A DNA stretch of 63,192 nt, filler included, from Folioceros fuciformis (taxonomy: Eukaryota), in NCBI GenBank assembly GCA_049999805.1. It is 9 parts of 9 records of this genome, joined end to end, with 100 filler letters (N's around TTAATTAATTAA, not from the genome) between each part and the next. Parts side by side here need not be neighbours in the genome. Positions count along the whole stretch, not along the records: positions 1 to 15,525 come from JBNGIO010005161.1; 8 more parts are not named here. The stretch is one strand, 5' to 3'. Positions 1-11,510 of the stretch are shown one piece after another. The position numbers were made by a program, and so were the translations under genes. Under the pieces are notes generated by a model, which made no database searches, had not been told where the DNA came from, and worked only from the letters and a program-made list of their open reading frames with translations. How positions within the stretch are numbered: the first letter of the stretch is position 1; each line of letters starts with the position of its first letter.

Positions 1-1787
1 CTCTTTTTCATGATCTTGTACTTTTAATATCTCTTCCTGTAAATGTTCAGAAAGCTAAATAAAAGCTTCATGGAAAGGAAAGAAAACTCTCATAATATAT
101 TTGAAAGCATCTTCAAGGTTTTATTATATTAGGAATAGAATTTCTTTGAAATAGCTCTAATAAAATATATATACTGATAAGAAAGGAATATTGTGTAATA
201 ACCTTCAACCGCTTTTCTTGCGCCATTTGAAAATCATGTGAATCTTTAGAGAACTCATCGCGAAGCTCATTACAAGCTTTCTCAAGCTCATGTATTCTTT
301 CCCGATGGTGAGTGTTTTGATTCTTCTCCTTCTTCACACAATCTTCAAGTGTCTTATTCTCTTTTAATAAATAGTTCTGCATGAAAATATTCATCCAACA
401 TCTAAATCTTTGCACATTCTTACTATTGCTTAGAAGGTCACACATGTTACCTTATCCATTTGAAGGATCTCCAATGCATGTTGTTTGTCTTGCAAGAGGT
501 CTTGGAAATGTTGTTTCTGATTGTCCAAGTCCTTTTCTCGATCTGCAAGTATTTGCCCTTTCTGCTCAACAGTTTGTGCTGCCTTTTCATATTGATCTAG
601 TTTTTGTCGCACCTGGAGTATTCATTATCACTTGCCGGTGTAGACATAGATAGATTACATTGTCAAGGTTGTTCTGCTTGCAACAACTTATTCAACTTAT
701 GAAGATTTGCAAATACTTACTTCATCATATAGAGCACCTTTAGCTGAGAGAACCTCGATTTGCACTAGCGTCTCTCGAGCCTCAGCTTCCAACCTCTCAT
801 TCCGAGCTACAACAGCTTGGATGTCTTCCTCAAGTTCTTTCTTCTCGGAAGCATGCGTACTTGATAGTCTTTGACATTCTCTTTTCAGATGTTGTACCTC
901 ATTGTTTGCTCTCGTAAGTGCTTCCCTATAAAATCTTTATCTGATGACTATCCAAACTGATAAGCAATCAATTAAGCAACGTTGTAATGCTGAACATTTG
1001 TGATTGTTTCAGACGAAGAATTGATTTTCTCTCATTGTTACCCACCTCGACGTATCTCTTTCTTTTCGTGTTATTTCATAGTCCTCCCGATGTTTTTGCA
1101 TTCTTTCATATGCAAGAAGTAGGATGTGGTCTCGGACACTACGTTGATCCTCTGGAACTCCTGAAATCTCTGCATACCTACATTCCATGAAAGCTTTGTG
1201 AATTTTAAAGCATTGTATCATTAGTGTGAATCTCTAATGATTGATGAAGGCTAACAAGCTTGTTGAGTTCAGCTTACACATTTTCAGACACATTGAAATC
1301 GTGCAGAGCATTTTTGAGTGACTTGAGTTGCCATTCTAAAGCTGGTACTTCTGTCTCTATCTACAATACCTTGCTCTTATGGTTATGCTGTGGCATATTT
1401 TATTCTGTTGATGTCTTCTTGTCATTATATACGAAATAATCGAACCTACCTTGCTTTGTCTTTCTTTCAATTCAGCCATATCTTCTTTGGCTTGATGCTC
1501 TAACTTGTAAATCTGGTCTTCCATCCTAATACAAATACAAATCCAGAGTGAAAATGTCCACACCAATACTCACATAAAGAACATGTCTACCACCTAGAAA
1601 TGCACCAAACTAGACCTACAACAAGGTACCGTTGAATGTAGTTTGATGTTTGAGCATCATGTTGTAGCTTTTCTTGCACCAGCCTACTTATCTCAGCTTC
1701 TAATGTCGCAACGTGCACGCGGCTATCACCCAATTGCTGAACCAATCTTTCAACTTCATCTTGAAATATGGCCCCTGCACCATACAA
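1..1787 (-). CDS. PIBF1: PIBF1/CEP90-like coiled-coil centriolar protein, multi-exon, 3' end runs off the window; start codon uncertain
   Basis: Spliced GT-AG exons at approximately 1760-1630, 1524-1451, 1361-1279, 1177-1045, 925-720, 613-449 and 377-203 give a long heptad-rich protein. It includes LKNALHDFNVSENVYAEISGVPEDQRSVRDHILLLAYE and ILQMDK/NYLLKEN, which resemble the PIBF1 segments RNLRDFELTEEQY..PEDQLSI.EYV..R.YE and LQKDKEYL (recalled, not searched). Confidence 0.65.
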
Positions 1788-2974
1788 TGTCGATTAAAGC
1801 ATGTAATCAAGCCTCAAAACAGCAAGCAAGCTTGAGCGGCAATGGCAAGAAGAAGCAAATAAAGTAAGAAAGGTGCCAAGCATTGTGGGATAGAGTTCGA
1901 AGAAGGCTGAATGAGAATGCAAAGAGATTGCAAGTTGTGGTTGAAGCACATGCGAAGAGAAGGGAAGGGAAGAGTATAACTTGTGGCTTTGCTGGTAGTG
2001 GGTGTGGTCGAGCAATCGGATGCTTCTTCCATGGTAGAAGAGAGGCCCATTTAGGAGACAAGCCGGTTGCAGTGTCTGTGTCGGAGTCACACAAAGCACA
2101 CGCGCAAGGTGGGTGACATTTCATTTCACGAATCATACTTCCGGTTTGAGAGGTGTATTTGTACGGTATTTAGGGCACGCGGGCAGCGAGGCTTCGGCGT
2201 GGAGGGTGCCGCGGATAAGGACGCGAGCAATTAAGCATGTGGCCGAATGAGGCCCAGCCCAGGACACGTGGCGAGCAATAAGGACAGGATGGGGCCCGCC
2301 TCGCAACCCATGTCTCCCCGAGATCTTTCAAAATCGCAGGACGCCCGAAAACGCGGGCGGCGGGCGGAGGTGCGCCACCACCTCCTCCCACCTCCTTTCC
2401 TTGCGGGTTGCTTGTACATCCTTTTCGAGGAGCGAGATATTCTTTGTTTCCTGACCAAGGGAAGGGAGAGGCGAGCGCTGTTGCGTCCTCGGCATTTGTG
2501 AGGTGAGGTAGGCGGGTAACAAAACCAGTCAGTCCATAGACCCAACTTGGGGTCCCAAGGTGAAAGGTGACGACAAAGCCAGAAGCATGGGGGGAAGGTT
2601 CTAGCGTGCAAGTGTCGTGGTGTGTATGTCAGGTCTTGACAGCTCCAACAACTTCACGCAAGTACAAACCAGCAGGATGAACGGAGCAACCTGGAGATAT
2701 GAGAGGCCGCCTCTGGGAGTTGGATCCGGACGTTTGGAAAGCTGCAGCTATGGCAGGTCACCAGTAGGTACACGCTTGGGAGACCGTGGGCACTGGCTGG
2801 CTACCTCGGGGAAGGCTTGCTTCCCTCGTTTCCTCTGATTCCCCCCTGTGGACAAAACGCTTGTGGAGGCACAAAACGGCTAAGATATTTGTCTAAACAG
2901 AAGGTGCGAACGACATCTAACTGAGCTGTGACGGAAAGGGGACAAGTCGTTGGTCGGCAATGGCATGAGTCTGG

Positions 2975-4758
2975 TCACCGGCCACAAACATAACAGGTGG
3001 GCGTGTCATGGGATTCGGGGCACTCCAGGTGCCTTATTACAAATGTGAAACCGCTGCCACACAAAACTCTACAGTGCCAGTATTGCGTCCCTGTGGAACT
3101 CGGAAGTGGCACTGTGCGTGGACTTCCTTGGTCATCACTTGTACCCGATCCTAGTTGCCCGTGCTCTCCCCAGCCCCAAAGCTTGACTTCGCCAGACTCT
3201 GCATCGAACATGGAAGTTAGCGACCAAGTTGCATTTCACACAGGAGGACGTGGGTGGTGGGAAAGAAAGTCAAGTAAGCTCACCCAGTACAGCAGCCGAA
3301 TGTTCAGCTCCTGCTGATATCCAAGTCGCCCGCCCCTCGAGTCCCTGAACCCGGTAGAAGTTGAGGCGGCATGTCCAGCCCGGCACCACCTTGTGCTGGG
3401 CTCCGCTGCTTTTCGTGTCGTCTTGCAGTAGCTTGTCATGTAAGAAGTCGCGGAACTGCTCTTGAGAACCAAGCTGCCCTCGCTGGTTGCTCCCCCATGA
3501 CAGAACCTGACCATCCTCTGCAGCAAGCGACAGCAAGTAGCGTACAGACAAAACAAGTGAGCCTGAAAGTTTCTCGTGCTGCTAGAGACCGAAAGGATGA
3601 TTAGGGGCAGACCTGACAGTCCGAGCCCGTGGCTCCAGCCCAGTGCGACTTGAGTGAAGCGGACACCGGTGGTTGCCTTGGCGGGGAGAGGAATGTCAGG
3701 AGAAGACCCGTAGCCTCTGCCCCAAACAAACAGAACGCCTGATTCTGCAAAACGACAGGGCAAAAAATGAAGCGCATTTAACAAGGGCATGGGCATCCAA
3801 GCCATGGAAACAACGGCTAACGGGGGCGTACCTGCCAGAGCCGCACTCCGATGGCCATTGGCTGCCACAGCACAAATCCTGTCTCGGTCCTGAAATCGGA
3901 GTTTGCGGGGAAGGCATAGCCGAGAAACATCCTTGGCACGCACTTGCCAGTCGCCCAGGTGTTGCTCCTCCGCGAGGGAGTCCGAGAATGGGAAAAGACC
4001 TAGCTGGCCATGTTTGCATGCTCCGAATGCCACCACGGTTGCGTCCACCCCAGCCGCCCCTGCTACCAAGACGAGCGTGTGGCGCATCCCGCAAGCGACC
4101 ATGGAGACGGAGCCCAAGGAAGCCACTCTGCAGGGCTGCGGGCTGGACCGGAAATGGCCCAGCCCAAGCTGCCCGAACGTTCCATCTCCACAAGTGTACA
4201 GGGCCCCGCACTCTGCAAGCCAAGCCAAGCCAAGCACACAAGCTGGTGAACGAGCACACGGACTGAGAGGCACGGCGGTAGGCGTTTGAAGAAGGAGGTA
4301 CAAACCTGCGACGAAGGCCGTGTGGCTCCATCCAGCTGCAACGTTGCGGATCCTCACTCCCTGCAGACCCGCCACAGGTCTGGGGGCGGCACATAGAGGG
4401 CGGTCCGTGTCCCGATCCCGATCCCCGTGTCCCAGCTCCCCGGAATTCCCACGGCCCCACGTCACCACCTGCCCGTTGCCTGAGCCCTATGCTGTGAGAA
4501 TTGAGACCACACGCGCTCAGCTCGGGAGCAAACAGTGCAATTCCCGATCCCCAATTTTCATTGCTGTTGCAAGCCAAACACGGGATCGCCACTGTGCTGT
4601 ACTATACCCAGAGAAGCTGCAGCATGACCTCCCCCACAGGCCATCTCCTTCACATGCTCTGCTTCCAAGGCGGGCACGCGTTGAGGAAGGAGAGCGTCCT
4701 CCATAGCTACGCACCCCAGTTGGCCATGCGTACCCGCTCCCCAGCTCCATACCTCCAT
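2975..4758 (-). CDS. RUG1: RCC1-repeat beta-propeller protein (RUG1/UVR8-like family), 6 exons
   Basis: Exons 4758-4608, 4479-4306, 4212-3832, 3744-3613, 3517-3284 and 3198-2975 are joined by phase-1 GT-AG introns of 85-130 bp. Repeated RCC1 motifs: VWSWGAGTHGQLG, VTWGRGNSGELGHG, VAAGWSHT, YTCGDGTFGQLGLG, VACGMRHT, VALGWSHG, LSWGSNQRGQLG, ISAGAEHS, LWGWGEHGQLG, LCGSGFT. The family call is firm; the RUG1 subfamily call is from memory. Confidence 0.85.
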
Positions 4759-6020
4759 CCTCCCTTTCCGCTTCACACCTACATCCATCAAGTCATCTAC
4801 CTACCCATTCCCCTTGCACATGGATATGCAAGGCAGACGAGACATCCGAGTGGACGGAGTGTGCCCTAGCCAGCCGTCAGGCCATTCAGACACTCGGTCT
4901 CTAAAAAAGGATGATATTAATTATTTATTTCCAAAGTTGTCATCACAATAATAAGGTCCACGGGGAGCCGAGAGGTGGCTGATCTTGCAATTGTTACATT
5001 ATGCAAAACCTCTAACTTTCCTTAATATATAAAATGAGAGCTTCAACGAATCTGTCAATACATTATAAGAATTATTCAGTAATACACTACTTATTTTCAC
5101 TTAAACGCATGGCACAATCTACAAAATATATCCAAAAGATTAAATGATAGGAGGGAGAGAGCATCTCGCCCGAGCAAACTAAGTGGTCTTATGAAGTGAA
5201 GGAAGGCTCTATGGTGAGGAGTGGAGGGAGAGCAACCATCCAATAGCATTGCCACACACTCATCAAATGGGTGAGGTCACACTATATCTCACTTTGCTAA
5301 GGACCATAAAGATTGCTAAAAATGTCGTCTGGAAGGATGAAAGACATGGGCATATTTTTTGTAAAAAAACAAAAGTCCTTAAGTTCCCTCATCCATACTT
5401 TGGATGAGTGGAAATTGAAATTCTAGGACAAGACAACTGTGCACACCTTGATTTCCTATTTAAGTCTTAGGCATGGTATAAGCCTAAACTATCACGGCAC
5501 CAGTCACTTACATTTATGATATGACCCATGCCTAGCCCAATCTTGGAGGTAGGAGCTAAGCCTTGAGGCCGAGCTATGGGCTCAATGTTGCCTCAATGCC
5601 GAGCCTTCATGACCACTTTCATAAAATGGTTGCTCCTAAAGGAATTAAATTGACAAAAAGAATCAAAGATAGAATATTCACAAAGACACCCTACACAAAA
5701 GTAATAAAAAAAATAAGGAGCTTCCTTGGCTTCCTTTGATATGCTACAAAGAGCTTTCCTTGTTGCGAACAATCAAATATTTCATTCAATGGCAAAACTT
5801 GGATTGCGTTAATTTCTTTAATATAGATGAGACATATATTATATGTATTGTCTTACATACTAAAGAGGACAAAGGGATGGTGTTAGAACTTCTTGCTACT
5901 CATTACAGATGACCCCTATGATTACTAGGATGAATGTTTACCCCTAAAAATTAAAACCCATAGCGAAATTCCATGGATTTCGGGTCGGGGATTATGATGA
6001 GGATTGAGGTCAGTCCGGAG

Positions 6021-6170
6021 GAGGGTAGAGAATGATTTGTAAGGAGGGTTTAGGACAATCGAAAGTAGGGTAGAGAATGATTTGGTAGGAGGATTGAGGA
6101 CAATCGGAAGTAGGGTAGAGAATGATTTGGAAGAAGGATTGAGGACGATTTGGGAAGAAGATTGAGGATG
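6021..6170 (+). repeat. Tandem repeat, ~3 x 45 bp
   Basis: AGGGTAGAGAATGATTTG...GAGGACAATCGGAAGT recurs with a 45-bp period. Confidence 0.8.
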
Positions 6171-6527
6171 GTTTTGTCATGAAACGCAGCAAGTTGGCAA
6201 GATTTGGGGAGTCCCAGAAGGATAGTCCCAAATATGCTTGGTCTTAGCAGTCTTGCAATTCAAGAACAACTCCATCAAAAAGAAAGTAAGTCATGATCAT
6301 GGGAGCAAGTCAGAGCTGATGGAGCACCTACGGTGAGGAATTGTTAGGAACCTAGCACACTTCCTGCTTTCTTGGAGTCAACAGATAGCTGGTCTCCATT
6401 TTCTAATCTCACCACTAGCAAAAACTCTGACTCCTTGTTGGGAGATCACTCGGGACAATATAGTCTCGAATCTAGTTCTCCAAGAGTGAGATCAGAACCA
6501 GTTGATCTTTCAGAGGACTCAGACACC

Positions 6528-7475
6528 ATGGAAGGTGGAGGGCCCTTGTATAGGCAAGAGAAGTTCTTAGGCAAGCCTAGAACTCAGTCATTGCGAGATT
6601 TTTGGCTAGCCCTCAATGCCATCATCAGTAGAGTCAAATTCAAGCATGGTGTTGCGTATAACCATCAATACATGTTTGAACAGCTTTCCAGCTATCTTGC
6701 TGATGAAGCATTGGATCTGTACGAGGTATATCAAGTTGATTTGTCTTGCACTGTCTCCACAACTAAACCCTAATTTCATGGAGCATTGCAGCTTGCCAAC
6801 AATTGCAAGCTAGCCATGGCTGTGAGTGTCCACCAAGAGAAGATCGCTGCTGGGGCAGTTGCAGCCTCTATTCAACCACCATTTTTGGTGAGCTCGACTG
6901 CTGCTGAACGAGTGACAACCACAATAGGGATTCCGGAGTTCATCCAAACTCCAAAGTATGAGAACCCTGTGGAGGAGTTCATGGTTATTCTTGAGAAGGC
7001 ATTTCCACTCAAGACCCCCGAGAAGATAGTGGAGTTGGCTAGCTTTGCTCGCAAGAAGGGTGAGACAATACATATGCCCTTTCACAGACTTCAAAAATTA
7101 CGGGAAGGGATAGATATGCTCACTAACTAGGAGGCAGCTGAGAAGTTTTTGACTGCGTTCGAAGGTGACCCTTTGTTCTACTTTTAGCTGGTCACCTTGC
7201 TGGTGGACAAGTATAGGGATAGCTACACCTTGGAACAGGTGCATCAAGAGGTAGACTGCAAGGAGATTGCCTTCTCAACATATGCCTCTCGACATTCCAA
7301 GGCATTCACTCACTACCAGAGCATGTTCTCTGGCAAAGGGGGCACATTTGGAGGTGGATGAGCTTCAGGTCCCAAGCCTGCACATGCTAAGTCAACCAAG
7401 GTAGCAAATGTGGCTACCTCAACATCATTGTGCAACCGTTGTGGTAGTCCAGACCATTTGGCCCCTACGTGCAAG
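6528..7475 (+). mobile_element. Degenerate retrotransposon gag (probably Ty3/Gypsy-type) with a CCHC zinc knuckle
   Basis: Broken frames give QEKFLGKP..SLRDFW..LSSYLADEALDLYE and ELASFARKKGETIH..FHRLQKL (capsid MHR-like). CNRCGSPDHLAPTC (CX2CX4HX4C) is at 7431-7472. Stops and frameshifts are present and no pol follows. Confidence 0.65.
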
Positions 7476-8667
7476 CTTTCAGTGGAAGGTCTATGTTGCT
7501 CCTTGTGGAATAGAAAAGTTTGGTAATCGGTCTAGGAAAGTCTAACTTGGTTTCTTTTTGTTCAGAATAGTTCGAAGGTAGGTTTCTGGGCAAGTGCCCA
7601 TGGTAGGTAGTGAGCGGTTAGTGAAGGTTTTTATGGAGTTTTTTTTAGTTCTATTTTGGTAGGTTAGAATAAGAAGATACTTACATACAAGGATGTCTAC
7701 CTACATATGTAGAGAGAGTACCTACGTGGGAAAATGGAAGATACCTACGTAGGTAGGGAAGGTACTTATATAGTAGACACCCCACCTACAGCAATGGGGT
7801 AGGCTGTCTACCTACGACAATGGGTGGGAATGGTAGGCAACTTAACTACGAGAGGAGGGGAAGGAATGGTAGGGACCCTACCTATAAAGGGAGCAATAGG
7901 TACCCTACCTACGAAGGGAACATTCCCACCCCACGTAGGGAAGGAGCCTCAAGTTGAGGAATAAGGGGATCCCTCCCCTACCAAACCTGCGGTGAAGGGA
8001 TAGCCCAAGAGATCCACACATAGGAAGGTACGGTGGAAGCTCATGGATCCAAAAGAAGACAAATCCCAATAATGGAGGGGGGCCTAGTGGCTCAGCCTTC
8101 AGACTCTGCCTCCCTTCAGAAGCCCTCCTAGCCACACCTTTTGAAAAGTGGGTCTACGAATCTTCTATTGTGGCACCGACCATCCTAATCTTCATCGGCG
8201 CACACTGGCCTAGCAATTATTGGTATGACTTAGCCTCTTGGTAGGTGTGTGCAGTTAAAGTTGGTGGCGCCTAGTGTGAGAGAAGGGTAGCCCACCACCT
8301 ACATGTAGGAGAGGGTTCATGTGTCGATCTCTCCTATAAAGAGGGGCTACAAAAAGAAATGAACCACCACATTCTGCACTCTTCTCATTGCGAGTTCTCA
8401 TGCTCAGCAGAGCGTAGGAATCTCGTTGCCGACTGTGTGCCATCACAGCGCCTAGTTGTGGCTAGAGTTGCAGTGGTCGAAGTGCTTGGCGGAGGGCTCA
8501 TATTCTTCCATGGGCACCCCTGCAAGTTGCTTCCCTTGTGAATGGTTGTTGTGCTGCTGCAGGTGTGTGGCAATACCTATGTGACTGTTGGCTTGAGGGT
8601 AGACTCCAGGGAAAGACTTCCTGGGAGTTCTCATTAACAAGCGCAAGCACGCAACAACCGGCCCAAG

Positions 8668-9330
8668 GAAAAACTTGTTGGTCGTTGGACGTAGGGAGAT
8701 GAGTAGCTGGATCGTTGTGGAAGGAGTTGTGAGGAGACATGTGAGGAAGGGGTGTTGGGTGTAGGAAGGTAGAAATCGGTAGGGGAAGTTAGTGGGGCCC
8801 TTCCAAGTGAAGGAATGGTGCCTTCCTACCGACTGGACGTGTTGAAAGAACACGCTGGGAAAGGTTGAATGTCGTCGGCGAACGATCAACAGAGTTGGAG
8901 GGAGCAGAGAAGGCTTGGAGGAAAACTTGTTGGTCGCTGGGCATAGGGAGACGAGCAGCTAGATTGTGGGTAGAGAAATGTGTTGTAGGGAGCCTTGTGA
9001 GGAAAAGATATTGAGTGTAGGGAGGTAGAAATCAATAGGGGAGGTACTGGGGCCCTTCCAAGTGAAGGAATGGTGCCTACCTACTGACGGGACGTGTTGC
9101 AGGATTGGAAGGAACGTGATTGGAAGGTAGAAATCGGTACGGGAGGTACTGGGGCCCTTCCAAGTGAAGGAATGGTGCCTACCTACTGACAAGACGTGTT
9201 GCAAGATTGGTAGGAACGTGATTGGAAGATAGAAATCGGTAAGGGAGGTACTGGGGCCCTTCCAAGTGAAAAAATGGTGCCTACCTATTGATGGGACGTG
9301 TGGCCAGATTGGTAGGTACGTGGTTGGGAG
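8668..9330 (+). repeat. Nested tandem repeats (~102-bp unit inside a ~255-bp duplication), probably non-coding retroelement sequence
   Basis: GGTAGAAATC...GGGGCCCTTCCAAGTGAAGGAATGGTGCC occurs at 8768, 9024, 9126 and 9228. The upstream flank GGAAAACTTGTTGGTCG occurs at ~8668 and ~8920. Confidence 0.8.
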
Positions 9331-10648
9331 AGTTGACTAGTATAGGGGGGTGATAGACGTAGCTGACCAGGCTCCGAGGGGAGTGATTCTGGGGAAACCT
9401 ACAACGACCGTGGGATTGATGTGGCCACAATACATGTGAGCGGGTGCTTGGTAGTGATACCATACCTGCTTGCCCACACTCCTATTGCCACAAGACTAGC
9501 CATTTGATCATAGTCTGCTTTCAAAAGCATCTGGAGCATAAATATTAGCAAGGTGAACTCACATCTTCATTTGGGACTCCTACAGCCGTTGAGGGCAACT
9601 CCAACGCGTTGAAGGGTCGTCCACGGCAGAAGGGAGACAAGGCCAAGGTAGCGCTATAGCTAGAGGAGAAAGGCCTTGTACTCGTGTGTCCTGAATATAG
9701 AGTTGGTTTTTCGTGTGCCCCTCGGATTGGTGCGAAGGTGTGACTGCCAAACTCCCAGCTAGCGTACGTACCCTGTGCTGGTCCAGTTGCTTACACTGCA
9801 ACTTCCGTGATTTCCTCTCGTCGCAGAGGAAAACACTTCATTATGCGGGGGTCTCCTACGATTAGGAGAGTGGTGTAATTGTTCGTGCAGATTTGAGGAA
9901 GGTTGCGAGTGAGGCAGCAATGCATTTTAGTTGAGTGCGGCCGACTCCCATGTCATGGAGAGAGATCAAAGGGGTTTCCAACACCTTGTGCAAGAGCAAC
10001 GAGGGGGTGTATGCCGGTGGTAATTGTATTCTCCCATTTGGTAGTGATGAGAATAGGGTGTAAATACATTAGGGTTCGTTTGGTACACATGTATAGTGTG
10101 AAAGTGTTCATAGCTATTATAAGTCTAGGTGTCTGTTCATTAGGGTTACGTCTCTATGAAAGGGTGTGTCTATTCACCCTACCTAGCTTAAGTTCAGTTT
10201 ATATGCTATCTTTAATACTCTTTGTCAAATAATATAATTGTTTAATATAGCAATTGGTCTACACCAATCCAATCCAATATTTGTCATGGTATAAGAGCCA
10301 TGTTTAGGTGTAGATTGCATTTGTGAGAATGCACATTAAAATCTGCACATTCTGATGTGCGGGACAATGTATTTTGTTTATATGTTTTGATTGTTGTTTT
10401 CTTGTAAAAAAACCTTTAAAACAAATTTCAAGAAATGAGTTTATAGCTTTTTTTGATTTATATTTCAAAAGATTTGCATTTCTAGGAGGCTGTTCTAGTG
10501 CATCCATTGTCAGATTGCACTTCTGCAATCTGGCACTAGGCACGCTAGAACAACTGCCAGAATTGGCAAATATTTTATTATAGAATTATTTACAAAGCTA
10601 CACATGTTTCTTGAAAAATAACAAAATACAAAAAGGCTGGCCACATGA

Positions 10649-11206
10649 ATGGCCAACCTGGTGGACGGGCAGCGATGGCGACAACGCCCTGCTGAGCGCA
10701 TCCAACAGAGGAATGCTCACAGAGGACAACAAATCCAAGAGGGCAGGCTGATGTTCGCAGAATCACTTTACCATCAAACCCTGGATTGGATTCTTCAAAC
10801 ACAAGACCAGCCTGAACACTCACAGATTGTGAGGGATTCCTTCAATAATCTGATTGAAGCAATCTTCCCACATCAGCGTCATCTGCTGCTTGCTCCACCA
10901 CCCAGAAACCAAGACAATCTTCCACTTGCTGTAAACGGTAACCCTAGGGGTTTCCTGACAACACACACATCACAACATGTTAGTGTATCACAATTAAATG
11001 CAAGAATAGAAACACATCAACAGCATGTTGATGAGCGTTTCCAGAGCATTCGTCACAAGATAGCTGAAGTCAGTGTTGACTTGCAAGAATTGAAGGAACG
11101 AATAGGACATTTGGACTTCAAGTTGCTTACCTTGCTCAAGCCCGTTTTGCTAACAAATCCAGCACACAGAGGTGTTGCCTGCAAACGTGCTGACAAGAAA
11201 TATTAG
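10649..11206 (+). CDS. Extra ORF (185 aa) between PBS and gag of Copia A, with a coiled-coil C-terminal half
   Basis: ATG-initiated, uninterrupted and in sense orientation, ending ~300 bp before gag. Heptad segment LNARIETHQQHVDERFQSIRHKIAEVSVDLQELKERIGHLDFKLL. Confidence 0.5.
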   Translation: MANLVDGQRWRQRPAERIQQRNAHRGQQIQEGRLMFAESLYHQTLDWILQTQDQPEHSQIVRDSFNNLIEAIFPHQRHLLLAPPPRNQDNLPLAVNGNPRGFLTTHTSQHVSVSQLNARIETHQQHVDERFQSIRHKIAEVSVDLQELKERIGHLDFKLLTLLKPVLLTNPAHRGVACKRADKKY

Positions 11207-11510
11207 CAACATACTTTTGATGCCCCAAATTCCTGTCCTTCATGCTCTGTTTATGCATTTAACAGGTTCGAGATTAGACATCAAAGGATAGAAAATAGAT
11301 TAGCAAATCAACAAGCCAATTTACCTCAAGTTGGTAGGTTTGCTCATCCTTTGTAGACAGGACTGCTCTTGCAGTCTATCTAAGATGCAACAGTAGCATC
11401 TTACCCTTCCCTTGTCTTTCTCTTCAATTTGTACCTTGTCTGGATAGGTTACAAGTCTTTACATAGCCATTCTTCCTAACAGTCAGGATAGAATCACCAC
11501 ATTCTAACAA

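Noticed and set aside
3236..4869. Long overlapping ORFs on both strands (410, 298 and 197 aa)
   Set aside because: GC-rich read-through of short in-frame introns and shadow frames of the RCC1-repeat gene.
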